A DNA stretch of 64,000 bases. It comes from Neoechinorhynchus agilis (taxonomy: Eukaryota > Animalia > Acanthocephala). Location: contig CM121342.1 in assembly GCA_051530055.1 (NCBI GenBank), forward strand, positions 1,212,797 through 1,276,796. Direction: 5' to 3'. Of the stretch, positions 24,841-36,592 are shown piece after piece. Made by a program: the position numbers and the translations under genes. How positions within the stretch are numbered: position 1 is the first letter of the stretch; every line of letters starts with the position of its first letter. Below the pieces are notes generated by a model that worked only from the letters and a program-made list of their open reading frames with translations, was not told the DNA's origin and ran no database searches.

Positions 24841-26189
24841 TCACTAATACGAGTTTCTATGTTCTTGAAAATTCCTGTATTTCTCGATTCCAAGTGGGTA
24901 CAAAATTTGAATTTAATCGTTTTCAATGCACTGGAGATGATTACGAAGTTCAAATAAAATTCGAGCGATTGAACTAATGAATCTACGGGTATGAATGGGA
25001 AGAGGGTCGGTCCATTCGGATCCCCAGTATTCGCCTCCCTTTATACCTACGAAACCTGAGCAAATAATTTCAGAATTCACATTGCACCTAAATTAATTTT
25101 TCTAGCACTAAGCGCACTAAGCGCACTAAAAAGAGGAGTCCACATTGTATTCACTGTTAAAACGTATCTTAAATAAACGACGCGCAATCGCTAGTCTCCT
25201 TTACATTAGCAAAATCATAAAAAATGGCAGCCTGCAAAATTTAAGTGCATGATACCTAACGAATCACGAGTAGGTCGAAAAATGACTCCAATAATCGGTG
25301 AACATCTAATTTTGGAACAATTGTATTATATCTGTCCAAAATTCTAAAGGACGGTTAATGCCATTCTTTGATCAGTTGTATAAGACATAACGAAATCGAG
25401 TTAGCAGGTTTCTGGTTATAGTCAACGAATTCCGCATTTTCTTTTCTTTTATTCAATAGGAAGAAATATGTGACCCCTTGACAACTCAACTCTTCGACGT
25501 GCTTATTTTTATTTAAGATTGCCAACTAAGAATTCAAAGCATTTTAAATACTTCAAAAGGGCAAAATCTTTTCTTTCTAAATCTATTATTTTTAAATAGT
25601 GTTTTAATATATATGCTCACTGATTTCTCCACCTAAAACGCTCTTCTTTTGTGTGAATTTCTTAGAAATAATCCGAAGGCTAATTTCTATTTAACCATTA
25701 TACGTCCATTCGTGAAATTATTTAATGTTTGATTGGATAATTAAACCGAATTCATCACTTTTTAGGTGGAAACAGAGTATCATAATTCTTGTGGGAAGGA
25801 TTTTCTTTGGCAAATGATAAAGTAGTACAATTGTTCTCACACATTTAGGTGGAATAAATTACCGTTTATTTTTAACATGTAGATGATTGTTATGAACTTT
25901 TGAATAAATGTGCGCAACCAGCAATCCAAATTAAAAGAATCGTAAGAAATGAAAGTTATCCAAGCGTTTTCGATGGCCTAAATTTTATGAGAAGCCTCTT
26001 CGTTATAAAACAAGTAAGTGTAACTCGAAGAATAACAACAGTACAAAGCTGACGAAGAGTTTTAAAAGTTCTATATAGAAATAATCATGTATGATAATAC
26101 ATTGGTCGACTGTACGACCATGGCAACGATGTTACCTTATCATTGCCGTTAAAATCCTTTAATTGCCTTCAAAATATCATTGGAGAATT

Positions 26190-27119
26190 ATGGCGTCTCG
26201 AACAATCACAGCGGAAAACTACAAATATTATTCCTGCGAGCAAAGGGATATCCCCGATTTACAAGTTTTATCGATCGACGCAACCATAAGAGACCAACCG
26301 ACTCGAATAGACGAAATATTCTGCCGTTCATGTCTTGTTTACGCGACACCGGTTTTTAAAGCGGAAGCTCATATTTTATTTCCCCCGATTGAAGATGATA
26401 CCCACTGGAGGATCGGATTTATTCAAGCATGTAACCGCATGCAATTTGATATATTTTATGGCAAAAGTGGAGTTTCTAGCTGGGAGTTTCCGATAATGAA
26501 ATCAGGCGAACGAAGTATGATAAACGATTCCGATTCGCGAAACTTTCCTTTTTATGACGCGTTGTCATCCAGTCGAGACCTCAGAGGGCCAATTAATACC
26601 AGCACTCAAATTTATCTTCGATTAACCGACCATTTCAATCCATACGTCCCGTGGAAGTCTGTGCGTATGAACGGTATTTGCCACGATTTGACATTTCTTC
26701 AAAGAGATCAATCCTTTCTTGTCTGGTTAGTAGCACTGAATCTAACAACTCGGAAATTGGTAGTGATTAAGACGATTAGTTGGGAAATGCATGTACGGAT
26801 CAGTGTTGATACCCGACGTCGAATTGGAAGCCGAGCAGTTCTCGTTAGTAATCCAAAACCCGTGGAACCTACTATTTTCTTTTATAATGTGCCAATACCT
26901 TTTGAGGTGCTATATCCACCAACTGCTAATTCTGCACAAGTCTTAACGTGGAGAGGAAATGATGGAACAGTTAGGTTATTGGTACCGCCTAAATTTTACG
27001 ATGAAAGGGAGAATAGACAATATAGTCTAAGGGATCAGATTACGACCGAAGAAAGCAGTGATGGGGACTATGAATTAAATGATGATCGTAGTTGCGTTAG
27101 CTCAGCTAGTGACTTTTAA
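26190..27119 (+). CDS. FAM78: FAM78-family protein, 309 aa, single exon
   Basis: WRIGFIQACNRMQFDIFYGKSGVSSWEFP..INDSDSRNFPFY matches the FAM78A/B core (W.VGWIQAC..MEF...YG..G.SSWE.P...ISDSDG.NYPWY). The first in-frame ATG is at 26190; the track start is a TTG. Confidence 0.9.
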   Translation: MASRTITAENYKYYSCEQRDIPDLQVLSIDATIRDQPTRIDEIFCRSCLVYATPVFKAEAHILFPPIEDDTHWRIGFIQACNRMQFDIFYGKSGVSSWEFPIMKSGERSMINDSDSRNFPFYDALSSSRDLRGPINTSTQIYLRLTDHFNPYVPWKSVRMNGICHDLTFLQRDQSFLVWLVALNLTTRKLVVIKTISWEMHVRISVDTRRRIGSRAVLVSNPKPVEPTIFFYNVPIPFEVLYPPTANSAQVLTWRGNDGTVRLLVPPKFYDERENRQYSLRDQITTEESSDGDYELNDDRSCVSSASDF

Positions 27120-28359
27120 ATAAAATCGCAACATGTTTATAATCAACATACGAGCTGACCCATATTTAACCACTTTTTTATTGAGTTATTCAACTAAAAT
27201 TTGACAGCGATCATCATTATGCTTTTGGTTTTTAGTTAAACGATCACAAATCTGCTAAACATGTACTGAATATCCGCTGAGAAATAAAGCGCGTACATCT
27301 CGTATCATAAATTTTCAGCGTTTTTCAAATTTTTTTAAAAACATAAAAAATTGTATGAATAATAAACTTTCAATGTTTCGATTTATCGCGTCCATAAATA
27401 ACCGATTTGGGTCAAGGAAGTGGATAAAATAACATAATATCAAGAACCGTACAGTTAAGAGTTTGTGCGCATCCCTCCGAATGGGTCACACCCAGGTACT
27501 AAATATACTTTTATTGATGAACTTGGTACGTGGCAAATTTTGATCATTTTAGAATCCCAACGGTCATAGTGCGCTTCAAAATCGAAGTCTAGACTAGAAG
27601 TCCTGATAAATGTTTTCAAATGCATTCAGCAGAGAACTGGGCAAGGATAAAAACTGAAAATTAGAAGTTACGATTTGTAAGTTGCAAGCATAATCGAAAT
27701 ATCCTTGGAAAATACGATATTATCCGGCTTATGATTTGGCAATCGTTGCGATACAATTCAAGAAAGTCATAAACGATAACAATGCATTTGGAGCGCTTGC
27801 AATGGGCATTTTCCAGTAACGAATTTGTGAAAGCTAAAATATATCAACGCTGACATAAAAGTATTTTTGTTCAATATAAAATAAATTAAGTAAAAAAGAA
27901 TAAAAACGCGATTAAATACTAAAAACGGAAACCCATTTTTGTATTATTGATCCGATTATCGAGCGATCTCTCTGGAATTATTCAATGATTGAATCAAATT
28001 ACTAATGGCGAACGATACACAAAATACCATTCTCAAATACGATAAATCAATAGAACCCAATTAAAATGTCAACCAAATCGATTTTGCGCGTCATCACGTG
28101 TGATAGTGTGTTTGTGGTGATTTGTTTTTTTACGTTGTTTAAACAATAAAATAGTCAGACTGATGATGAGCCACCTTGGCGAATATGCGCCGAAAATGCA
28201 ATCTAACTTTAAAGTTGCAATTGAAGAATTTTCAATTATCAATGATCTTCTGTTCTTTTAATTCAGATTCACACGAATTCCTCGAAACGAAAAATGAGTG
28301 CTAAAGTACTAAAACAACTCTTAAATCCATGGGAATTTGCTGGAGCTAAGGTAGAGATT

Positions 28360-28468
28360 TACGGCCCGAAACAATTTCCTAACAAAGCCTTAGGACCACA
28401 CAAGAACGTTTTCGTACGGCCCGAAACAATTTCCTAACAAAGCCTTAGGAACACACAAGAACGTTTTC
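28360..28468. repeat. 55-bp tandem duplication (2 copies, 1 mismatch)
   Basis: tacggcccgaaacaatttcc.. starts at 28360 and 28415. Confidence 0.9.
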
Positions 28469-28514
28469 TTTTCGCTTTTAAATGTCTGTTGAGCATGAAT
28501 TTCCACCCGTTTAA

Positions 28515-29427
28515 ATGCCTTTGAAAATTAAATTCACTTGCTTGGAACTAAAAATCAAAACATGGGTTCAAGAGTACAAGCGAATGCGAGGCGATGAATT
28601 CTACTGCGATTCGTTCACGTTTTCGAAGTTTCATAATTTACAGAAATTAGCTGGTGTTGAAAGAACCTACCAGATATTTGCACCATTAGAGAACAACCAT
28701 AAAGTATCAGCTGGATCGATTGTAATTCTAAATTCAAGTAAAAAGGACAGACTATTTATTGATAGCTTTTAAGATGTCAATGTTTTGATAGATTTCTAGA
28801 AAGATAAAATTGCAATTTGATATCGGATTGCACTTTAATTTTTTTCTCAGATAAAGCACCGTCGTTGATAGTAGCCAGCTTAATTTTCTTTTTGAAATTG
28901 GGCATTATCTCATTACACAACGATTTTCAACTGCAAGGAAGTGTCGTCGTCTCCGGTTGCACAAGACCGATAGCAGAAAACGCTGTAATCCACAACTCTC
29001 ATTCATCAGTACTAATTTGAAAAAAACAAAAACCCCAAAAAATCCTAACCGAGATTCCAAATGAATATCTTAATATTGCATTGAGAGCTCTGAGTGGCAA
29101 ATACAAAAAATGGATGGTTTTAATACCCACGAAGAAATATACCGAAAATTTATGCAAAATCTGACACAGGTACAAATGGATTACTCGTTCAAATATCCGA
29201 TAAAAGTTCTACGACATCTTAAAGGCTGGTTTGAACGGAATGCCCTAATTTCGGTTGATGGCAATTTGTTTTGGCTGAAGTATTGCGTCTCTAATCGATA
29301 TGTTATACCGCGTTGGGTTCAAAAGCGATTACTTTTCCAGCAGACAGTTTGCGATTGCACTGGCGATAAACTAGATGTTCCGAAAGCTATTTTAAGTTCC
29401 AGTGGCGATCTCATGAAGATCTATTAA
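28515..29427 (+). mobile_element. Highly decayed Ty3/Gypsy pol remnant (RNase H and RH-IN linker)
   Basis: KLGIISLH...RPIA resembles RNase H LGAVL..RPIAY; KGWFERNALISVDGNLFW..RYVIPRWVQKRLL resembles the Gypsy linker (GW..R.ELSV.DG.L.W..RVVIP..LR..LL). Confidence 0.45.
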
Positions 29428-29522
29428 ATTAACAGTAAGAATAAGCTGATCGTAGACGTTAAATCAATGCAAATTTCTAAAAAGCTCCGACTCAATAATT
29501 GTTCTCTGTGGTTTCCGATCAT

Positions 29523-29836
29523 CCTCGTCGCCAAGCGCTACCATTTTCTAACGAAAAACACACGGTCACACGCGCTCCACTCCATTCACTTAAATAAACA
29601 CACGATGACGTTCAGCCTTTAAGCGTCAAACGTCACTGTGAATGTAACATCTTCTTCCCCTTTACGATTATTGCTCGATATCGTACTATGGATTTGTTCT
29701 TTAGCCTTTCGCTTCTTCTGGGCTCCTGTGCTTCTGCTTGAGATTTCGATTGATCAAAACTGAGTGCCATATCGGCTTTTTCATTTTGTCGCGCTTCTTG
29801 GGAATTGCTTATCCTATGATTCTCCTCACCAGTCAC
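29523..29836 (-). mobile_element. Ty3/Gypsy 3' end: integrase tail, polypurine tract and LTR start, followed by a PBS-like motif
   Basis: EPRRSERLKNK..VRY is the typical integrase tail. AAAGGGGAAGAAGA (29663-29650) is immediately followed by TGTTACA (29649-29643); TGGCGACGAGG at 29533-29523. Confidence 0.7.
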
Positions 29837-30998
29837 CTCTTCCTTTCGATTCGTCCTCTTCTCATCCTAAGAATGACCCAAAACATCGGTAATCGTCGTT
29901 CAATCGAACGCAATGGAACTTGCACCCCAACGATAGAAAGAGCCGACATGGAAGAATCAAAAAGCGACGTTGTTGGGACACTTGGTCGCCACAAGGCAGT
30001 TCTTTCCGTGTTGTAACTTTTCTGAAACCTCTTGCTTAAAACTCGTACAATTCAAGAGTATCGAAAAGCGAAACTTTCATTGTCTTATTCGTATGAAAGT
30101 CAAGTAATTGTTTGCACTTTCGCTCTATGCTGAGATTGCCTTAGGACAGGGTATCGCACAGAAAAACAGAATTTCTGGAATACGATCCAAAAGAGTTCGG
30201 ACAACTGCGTGAAATACAGTTTATACTCCTGCACCAGAAAAGCATGCGCCTGTTGCTGCCATTTTCGTTGTGTCGTGTCAACGATTCAACCTTGAATCAA
30301 CGAAATAGTGCAAAGGACTCGAGCTCAGCCGTCAAACTAATCAGGAGATGATCGTGATGGAAAATAAGGCAAGGTACTGTTCTCTTTCGCTTCTTTTATC
30401 GCTTCTTTTTTGTAATATGTGCTTAAACTATCAAACAGGAATGACATTTTTATCCCAAGAATGTATTGGTTTTCTAAGGTGGGGTTGTCATCCCAAACAA
30501 AGTTTAGGTCGTGACCATAAAATAGTTGAAAACTACTAATCTGAGGGATGCATTGGTGGCACTGTGGGGTTTTCTCGGTTATCCTTTATCTTCCAATTTG
30601 CTGCACTCAAGAATTCGTTCAACGGGTGCCATTAAAGTCGAAAGGTCTGCAGTTTGTCTGATTTCGCACTGAGCAACGTTCATGAGAATAATCACATAGC
30701 ACAATTAAAGGCCGATCTGATATTTAGGAATATAAAGATTGTGGAAGCGACCGTTATGAAAACGGCAGAAAATATTTATAATCGTACTTGGAATCATCTT
30801 TGAGTAACAAGGTATAAGTTGTCATTACCTTTGAACTATAAGCGAAGTATTGTTTGAAGCATCCGCTAACCAGCACAACATCATCCTGAAGCCATTCGTT
30901 TTATTTGATTAGATAAACAAGTTTAATAAACTGACGAACAATATCGCACCCTTTGCCATCTGCTACAAACTTCATATTTATGCAAATTTATTCAATTC

Positions 30999-32891
30999 TT
31001 AAAACCAATCGCCACGGCAACTCTTGATTTGCTCGAGCCTTGAACACTTTCGCTTAAGGTCATTTACAGTGTTCAACATCTGTTGTTTTTCTGCGTCAAT
31101 GTTTTCGTTCAATGAATTGAGATTCCAGCTCAGGTGATCCAATTGAACGTCGTAGTCCTTATCGTTGGGATCAAACTCATAATGTGACTTCACTTCGTGG
31201 CAAAATATCTGCTTATATTCGGAAAAATCTTCAAGCAAAACTTGAAGATCCTTTCTTGAAAGACAATAAACCTCAGAAAACCCTGCACTCTTCATGCTTT
31301 CTTGCATTCGCACGTTCGAAATGAATGACTTTGAGTCATATTTAAGGCACTCACTTCCAAAATGTTCTCCTTTTGAGACAATGAGTACTTTTGCGCTTTC
31401 GTCCGCAGGTCTGAACAGCGCTCCTTTGGCTACAATGAACATTTTATGACTAACGTCGTTTTTTCGATAGACGTAATCTCCTGGAGCAAACATAATTGGC
31501 TTTAGATAAGTCGTAACCTCATCAAGAAATGGCGGATCGCATTTCTGGAAACATGGAACCGTTGAAAGTTTATCTCGATGAAGTTCAGAACACAATTCTT
31601 TCAAAAGCTCGCATCCGAGAAGGGATGGCACCTTCAGTTCATCGAACACATCCACGTTCGTTTGGACATAAGAAAGCCAATCAATTACTCGTTTACGGAG
31701 CCGATTGTCAACTTGATGGAACTCCATGTACCTTTTTACTTCGTCACATTTCTGTTGAATATTAGAACGTCTATAGTTTAAAGCTCCGACGATGTTTGTA
31801 AAGGTTCCGATTATTGCTGCAAAGAAAAGAAACGCGAATATGCTGTTCACGAGATGGATGAAGTGTTCGAGGTCATTTTGGGGTCCCGTAAAATCACCGA
31901 CGTTCGTGATCATCATCGTTGCCCAGTAGATTGAATAAAAGTATCGCATGCTGAAAGGCGAACAATGAAATATACACTTTAAATTTCTTGCTTTCGTGAA
32001 ATGTTTAATTTCTCTCACTAAGAAAGATGTAATCGACGAATGTTACAAAAACTCAACTACCGTTTCATAACTAAATATCTGCTTACCTAAACGTCTCGTA
32101 CTCGGTTCCATTCGGATAAACCCACTCATCTCTACCGAATCCAACATATTTGCTAATGGAAAAATAAAGACACCCGTTCCAATGAATAACGAGAAGACAC
32201 AGCGTCACAGTTGAACAAATCTTCCAATAGAGAGATTTAGGGGAAATGGTGTCTAATGAGCGTCCGATTCTGGATATCCGATACGCTTTGAGCAGTCGGT
32301 TGATTCTGACCATTGGATTGTACCGTAATGTTGGGAAAATATAAAGGATTTCGGTTGGTAAAAGACTTATCAAATCGATGACGAATAAGGCTGACGAAAA
32401 GTACATTTTTCGAATTTGTTTCTTGTTCACGACCGGAATGCCGTCTTCGTCGTAATGAACTAAAGTTAATCGATTTCAATGAGTGTTTTTTTTTCGAAGA
32501 CGAACCTTGTCGAGAGAGTGCGAAGGAGTCGAGGGCGTAAACGAAATCAGCCACAAAATCCAATAGAATTAAATACCAAAATGTAGGAAATGCTTTATCG
32601 GCGAACGCTCCTCTCGCAGGTACCATTATGAAGTTGTAGCCAATGAACAAAACTACGATTATAAGGCGACCAACACTCACATCGTCGGCTGAAAGCATTT
32701 CTCGTTCGAGCGAGTTGTTGGGGGGAACCAAGATGCATAAAGTTTGATCGCCAAGGAAACACCATTTTTCGGGTAGAGAAAGTGTTTCGATTCAGTTGAA
32801 TGTAGAAACTGGTTGGGACTCTAGTCGATGAGAATAATTCAGAGCGATTGAAACGATACTGAAAAAACTTCGAAAATGGAGGTTTTACCAT
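30999..32891 (-). CDS. CNG: Cyclic-nucleotide-gated channel subunit (CNGA-like); 5' end uncertain
   Basis: S1-S4 (FIGYNFIMVPARGAF; IDLISLLPTEILY; VRINRLLKAYR), S5 LLVIHWNGCLYF, pore YSIYWATMMITNVGD, C-linker, CNBD (FAPGDYVYRKNDVSHKMFIVAKG) and coiled-coil tail. Introns 32505-32460 (46 nt, phase 1) and 32086-31951 (136 nt, phase 2) restore the frame. Confidence 0.92.
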
Positions 32892-33263
32892 TCACCGGAC
32901 TCCGTCGTAAATTTCAATTAAATCAGCTTAAAATCGCCATATATTCATTTTACATCTAGAAATGGAAAATCAATCACCCATTTTCCATTGTGGTGTTGAT
33001 TCTAAAATCCAAACGGATAAAACGACGCCGCATTTCTCATGGTCAATAAGATCGCTAAACTTGTTAAAATATATTCTTCGGTGATTACAAAAATAAAAAC
33101 TGATTTATTGATCTCAATATTTCGTCCGTCTCGTCGAACTTCTTCAGATTGCCTGTAAGTTTTCTCAACTGTGAACAACTTGTTTAAATCTGCATTTTGC
33201 TGTCATATAAAATGGAAGAAATTAATGTCTTTATGAAACGGTCTAGATTTTGTTTAGCGTAGA

Positions 33264-33855
33264 ATGGAAAAGGTCCACAGAGAACATTTCAAAGTATATT
33301 TCCAATCTGATGCAAGTCTGATTGGTTCCAGGAATCTTAAAACAGTTCTGATTGATGCTCTGATGTCCTGCAAACGTCGCGCCGACGTTTGTATCCACAT
33401 TTTTACCGATTTTGAGATCGCCAATATTCTAAAGGACTTGGCAGCCAATGGAAGGAACGTACGAGTTTTGTTTGATATGACAGTGATTGTCTTTTCTATC
33501 AGTTGATCTTCAAAAAAGGACAATCTTGCTGATTACAACACATCCCCAGGGATCCAAGATGGATTTTCTTAAGAGTTCTTCACTATGCCAAGTAAGAATG
33601 TTGAGTGAACCTGAAAAGGAGGGTATGATGCATCATAAGTTTACTATAATTGATTCCGATCAAGTTTTGGCGGGCTCAGCGAACTACACTAATCGAGCTT
33701 TAGGATTTAGTAAAGGTAATTGTGAAAATCGAACTTTCAAGTTCCTCAATCATGAAAACATTCTTTGGATTTCCAAGAAGGAGATTGTAGAGGATTATTG
33801 TGCAGAATTCAATCGCCTCTGGGAAAAGGCCGGTGATAAAACTGCTTCCTTGTAA
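33264..33855 (+). CDS. PLD6: Single-HKD phospholipase D-family nuclease, PLD6/Zucchini/Nuc-like (exons 33264-33482, 33550-33855)
   Basis: MHHKFTIIDSDQVLAGSAN fits HxK(x4)D(x6)GSxN; also VRVLFD, HENILWI and EFNRLWE as in PLD6. A 67-nt phase-0 intron joins the two track ORFs. Confidence 0.85.
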
Positions 33856-35006
33856 AAGAGAAATAAAATACGTTTGGTTTTTGTGAAATTAATTTTTTGT
33901 GTCTATTTCATTTAATGATATTCCATATCCTTCTTTTTTCCGGTTAGTCCCTCAATTTTATGGATATTGCAATAGAAAACAAAAAATGCCAACTAATAAT
34001 TTAAGCAATAAATTAGTACATTCTCAATAGAACGATTTTTCTGTTATTGTAAGACAATGAATAGCAAAAATAATTGCCAATATGTTTCGTAGGTTCTAAC
34101 AGTTTTCAAAAGTGAATGCTTAAGTTTATTTCGTTATCATTCTTTAATGAAATCATTGTGCTCAATTGAGAGAAAAGTATAAAATGCTTAAAATTTTACG
34201 CGTTTATCTGCTCAAATTTCTAAGATAGAGTTTAGCCACGACTGCGCGATACGTAATCCCAAGAAAGCCCTGAGTAATGTCCGTAACATAAATTTGGAGA
34301 AAAAATAACGGCATAATCTCGATAAGTAACAAGGAACCGGTCATAAATTGAAAAATTGAAGACGAAAAAAACATCAAAGAGCGCAAAGTTCTCCTAGAAC
34401 AGGTTTTAGAAATAAATTCTAAGCGGCATAAAAGATTAAAGGATTTTTCCCAAAATGAATATCGATTTTAAAAATAATCTCGGAAGCACTCTTTTGTGAT
34501 ATTGATAATTTAGTGAAGCCAAAACGTCAAATAGACAATTGAGAACCATTCAATTATTCACATTGCCTAGCGTTTTAAGTAACGTGATTAATAAACATCG
34601 TGCAGTGGAATATCAATCAGCGAAAAATTTGTTTTATTAGTGTTTACAATAAACAGAATTTCGAAGTATGTAGTGGTATAAATGCTTTATTATTGCCGAT
34701 TTTTTCGTAAAACGTTTGGTTGAAACATTTCCTAAGTATTGCGAGATTATGAAAAATTCACAAAAGTCATAGCTTTCATTTTCTTAACTTTAAATCGCTT
34801 GTTTTCTATGCCTGTTAAAGGTTTTATTAAACTAAAAATATCCACATAATAATTTTTCGCTTAAAAATTTGTATTTTATTCAAAGGTAGAATTTCTTTTA
34901 CCTGATTATCGTAGCTTAATTCAAATAAAGTCACGGGGAAAATTTTAATAATTTTTATTTTCAACAATTGCGTTTCGGCATTTTCGTCGATTTTGCCAGT
35001 ACTTAC

Positions 35007-35266
35007 ATTAGATTATAGAGATCAATATCCGACTCCCTTTATCTTCATGCAAAATTATTGCTTACCCAATCGTTAGTAATTCGTTCACGCTGATAAGATA
35101 TCGGCTAACATTGATATCAATTTATACAGTTCACCAATTAGATTATAGAGATCAATATCCGACCGCCTTTATCTTCATGCAAAATTATTGCTTACCCAAT
35201 CGTTAGTAATTCGTTCACGCTGATAAGATATCGGCTAACATTGATATCAATTTATACAGTTCACCA
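35007..35266. repeat. 130-bp tandem duplication (2 copies, ~2 mismatches)
   Basis: attagattatagagatc starts at 35007 and 35137. Confidence 0.92.
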
Positions 35267-35380
35267 AACGCAATGATTTTCACACATCCATTACCGATAA
35301 TAATCATATCAAGATGCTTCGGAATAATAAATATCTAATGGTTTTTGAACATAATCCAGGTTAAAGCATAATCAATTATT

Positions 35381-35421
35381 ATGAAATATTTCGAAAGAAG
35401 AAACCTCGCCTCATCAGTCAT
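35381..35421 (-). ncRNA. Minimal hammerhead ribozyme at the 3' end of a PLE copy
   Basis: ATGA-CTGATGA-G-GCGAGG-ttt-CTTCTTTC-GAAA-TA-TT-TCAT: intact core, perfect 4-bp stem I, weakened stem II. Confidence 0.65.
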
Positions 35422-35519
35422 CTAAGAAAAGGTTTATGTGATAGTTCTCTTCTATTTGTTTGGTCCTGTGAGCTCGCATTAACAGGTACACCATATGTAA
35501 GGTTGAGGTTCATGATGTT

Positions 35520-36240
35520 GGCCGCAGAGATGTGTAAGGTCTAAAGCACAAGACGTCTTCCAAGATTTGGCTCCTTCTCAATCAAATCCGCCCCATCGAA
35601 ATCTATGCGATATTGCATAGTTTCCTGGTGGTTTGAAATGGCGGATGTTGAGTGAGTCTCTTCGGAATGCCCTGCATTGTTTGACCGATGTACACCTTGT
35701 CAAATTGAGTGCACTGTATTTTATAAACATCCTGCAAGTCGGATCATTGTTCAACATCTTCTTAAACGTGTTAGCGAGGGTGATACCTTTATTGATGTAC
35801 AATCGAACACCAACCCTTGTCTTAATAATGGAATGGATGATGTCTTTTGTTACATCGATAACGAATTCAACTCTTTTGAATTTATAGGACTATGCGATCG
35901 TTTTTGTGTTTCGTGTTCAATAATTGCACCTCTTAATACCGCAGTCAATTATCCATTTGGGGTATCGTCTTATTCTCAGTTCCTGGGCGATACTATCACT
36001 TTTCTTAATCACCGCAACTCGAGTGGACCATTGTGAAAATCCTCATGGCACGTACGGCTTGCGAAACCACACATACCGCCACCACCGATTTTCATCCTTA
36101 TGCTATAAAGAAAGTCGACTCCCAATCACGCATATAGATGTCAGCTGAGGTCGGAGCTGATGGCGATTAGATGGCTACCCAATGGTGCACGAGTACGACT
36201 GCTTTTGAATTCGATGGGACATTTTAAGATCGAAAACGCT
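35520..36240 (-). mobile_element. 5'-truncated Penelope-like element with a short 5' inversion
   Basis: About 455 bp nearly identical to ~18080-18535 (GIY-YIG VYKIQCTQFDKVYIGQT). The minus-strand RT remnant VAI*SPSAPTSADIYMRDWE starts at ~36180; plus-strand CTSTTAFEFDGTF starts at 36186. Confidence 0.85.
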
Positions 36241-36592
36241 GAACTGTGCAGGGAATACGAGCGGACATATTCTAGCCCCGACCTTACTAATCGTGTACCT
36301 GTTAACTCAAGCTGGCAAGATCAAACAAATAAAAATAGAACTACTACACCAACTAAGGGAGCTTTAACCGGGATTATGTTCACCACCACCATTCAATATT
36401 ACTGGTATCGATGAATGCGAAGATATTGAAATCAACTGTTATTTCCGACCTAATTCATTTAAGTGCGATCGAACAATAGCCACGTATTTAGATCATTCCC
36501 TTGATGTAACATTCATTGTTCTTAAATACATTCTCCCCGCATTTGCGAAAATAATTTCAATAATAAATTCAGTACTGATTTTTACATTTTAG

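Noticed and set aside
28160-28186. Hammerhead-like CTGATGA-tga-GCCA-cct-TGGC-GAAT
   Set aside because: Needs both a 3-nt insertion and GAAA>GAAT; at most a decayed remnant, so not counted.
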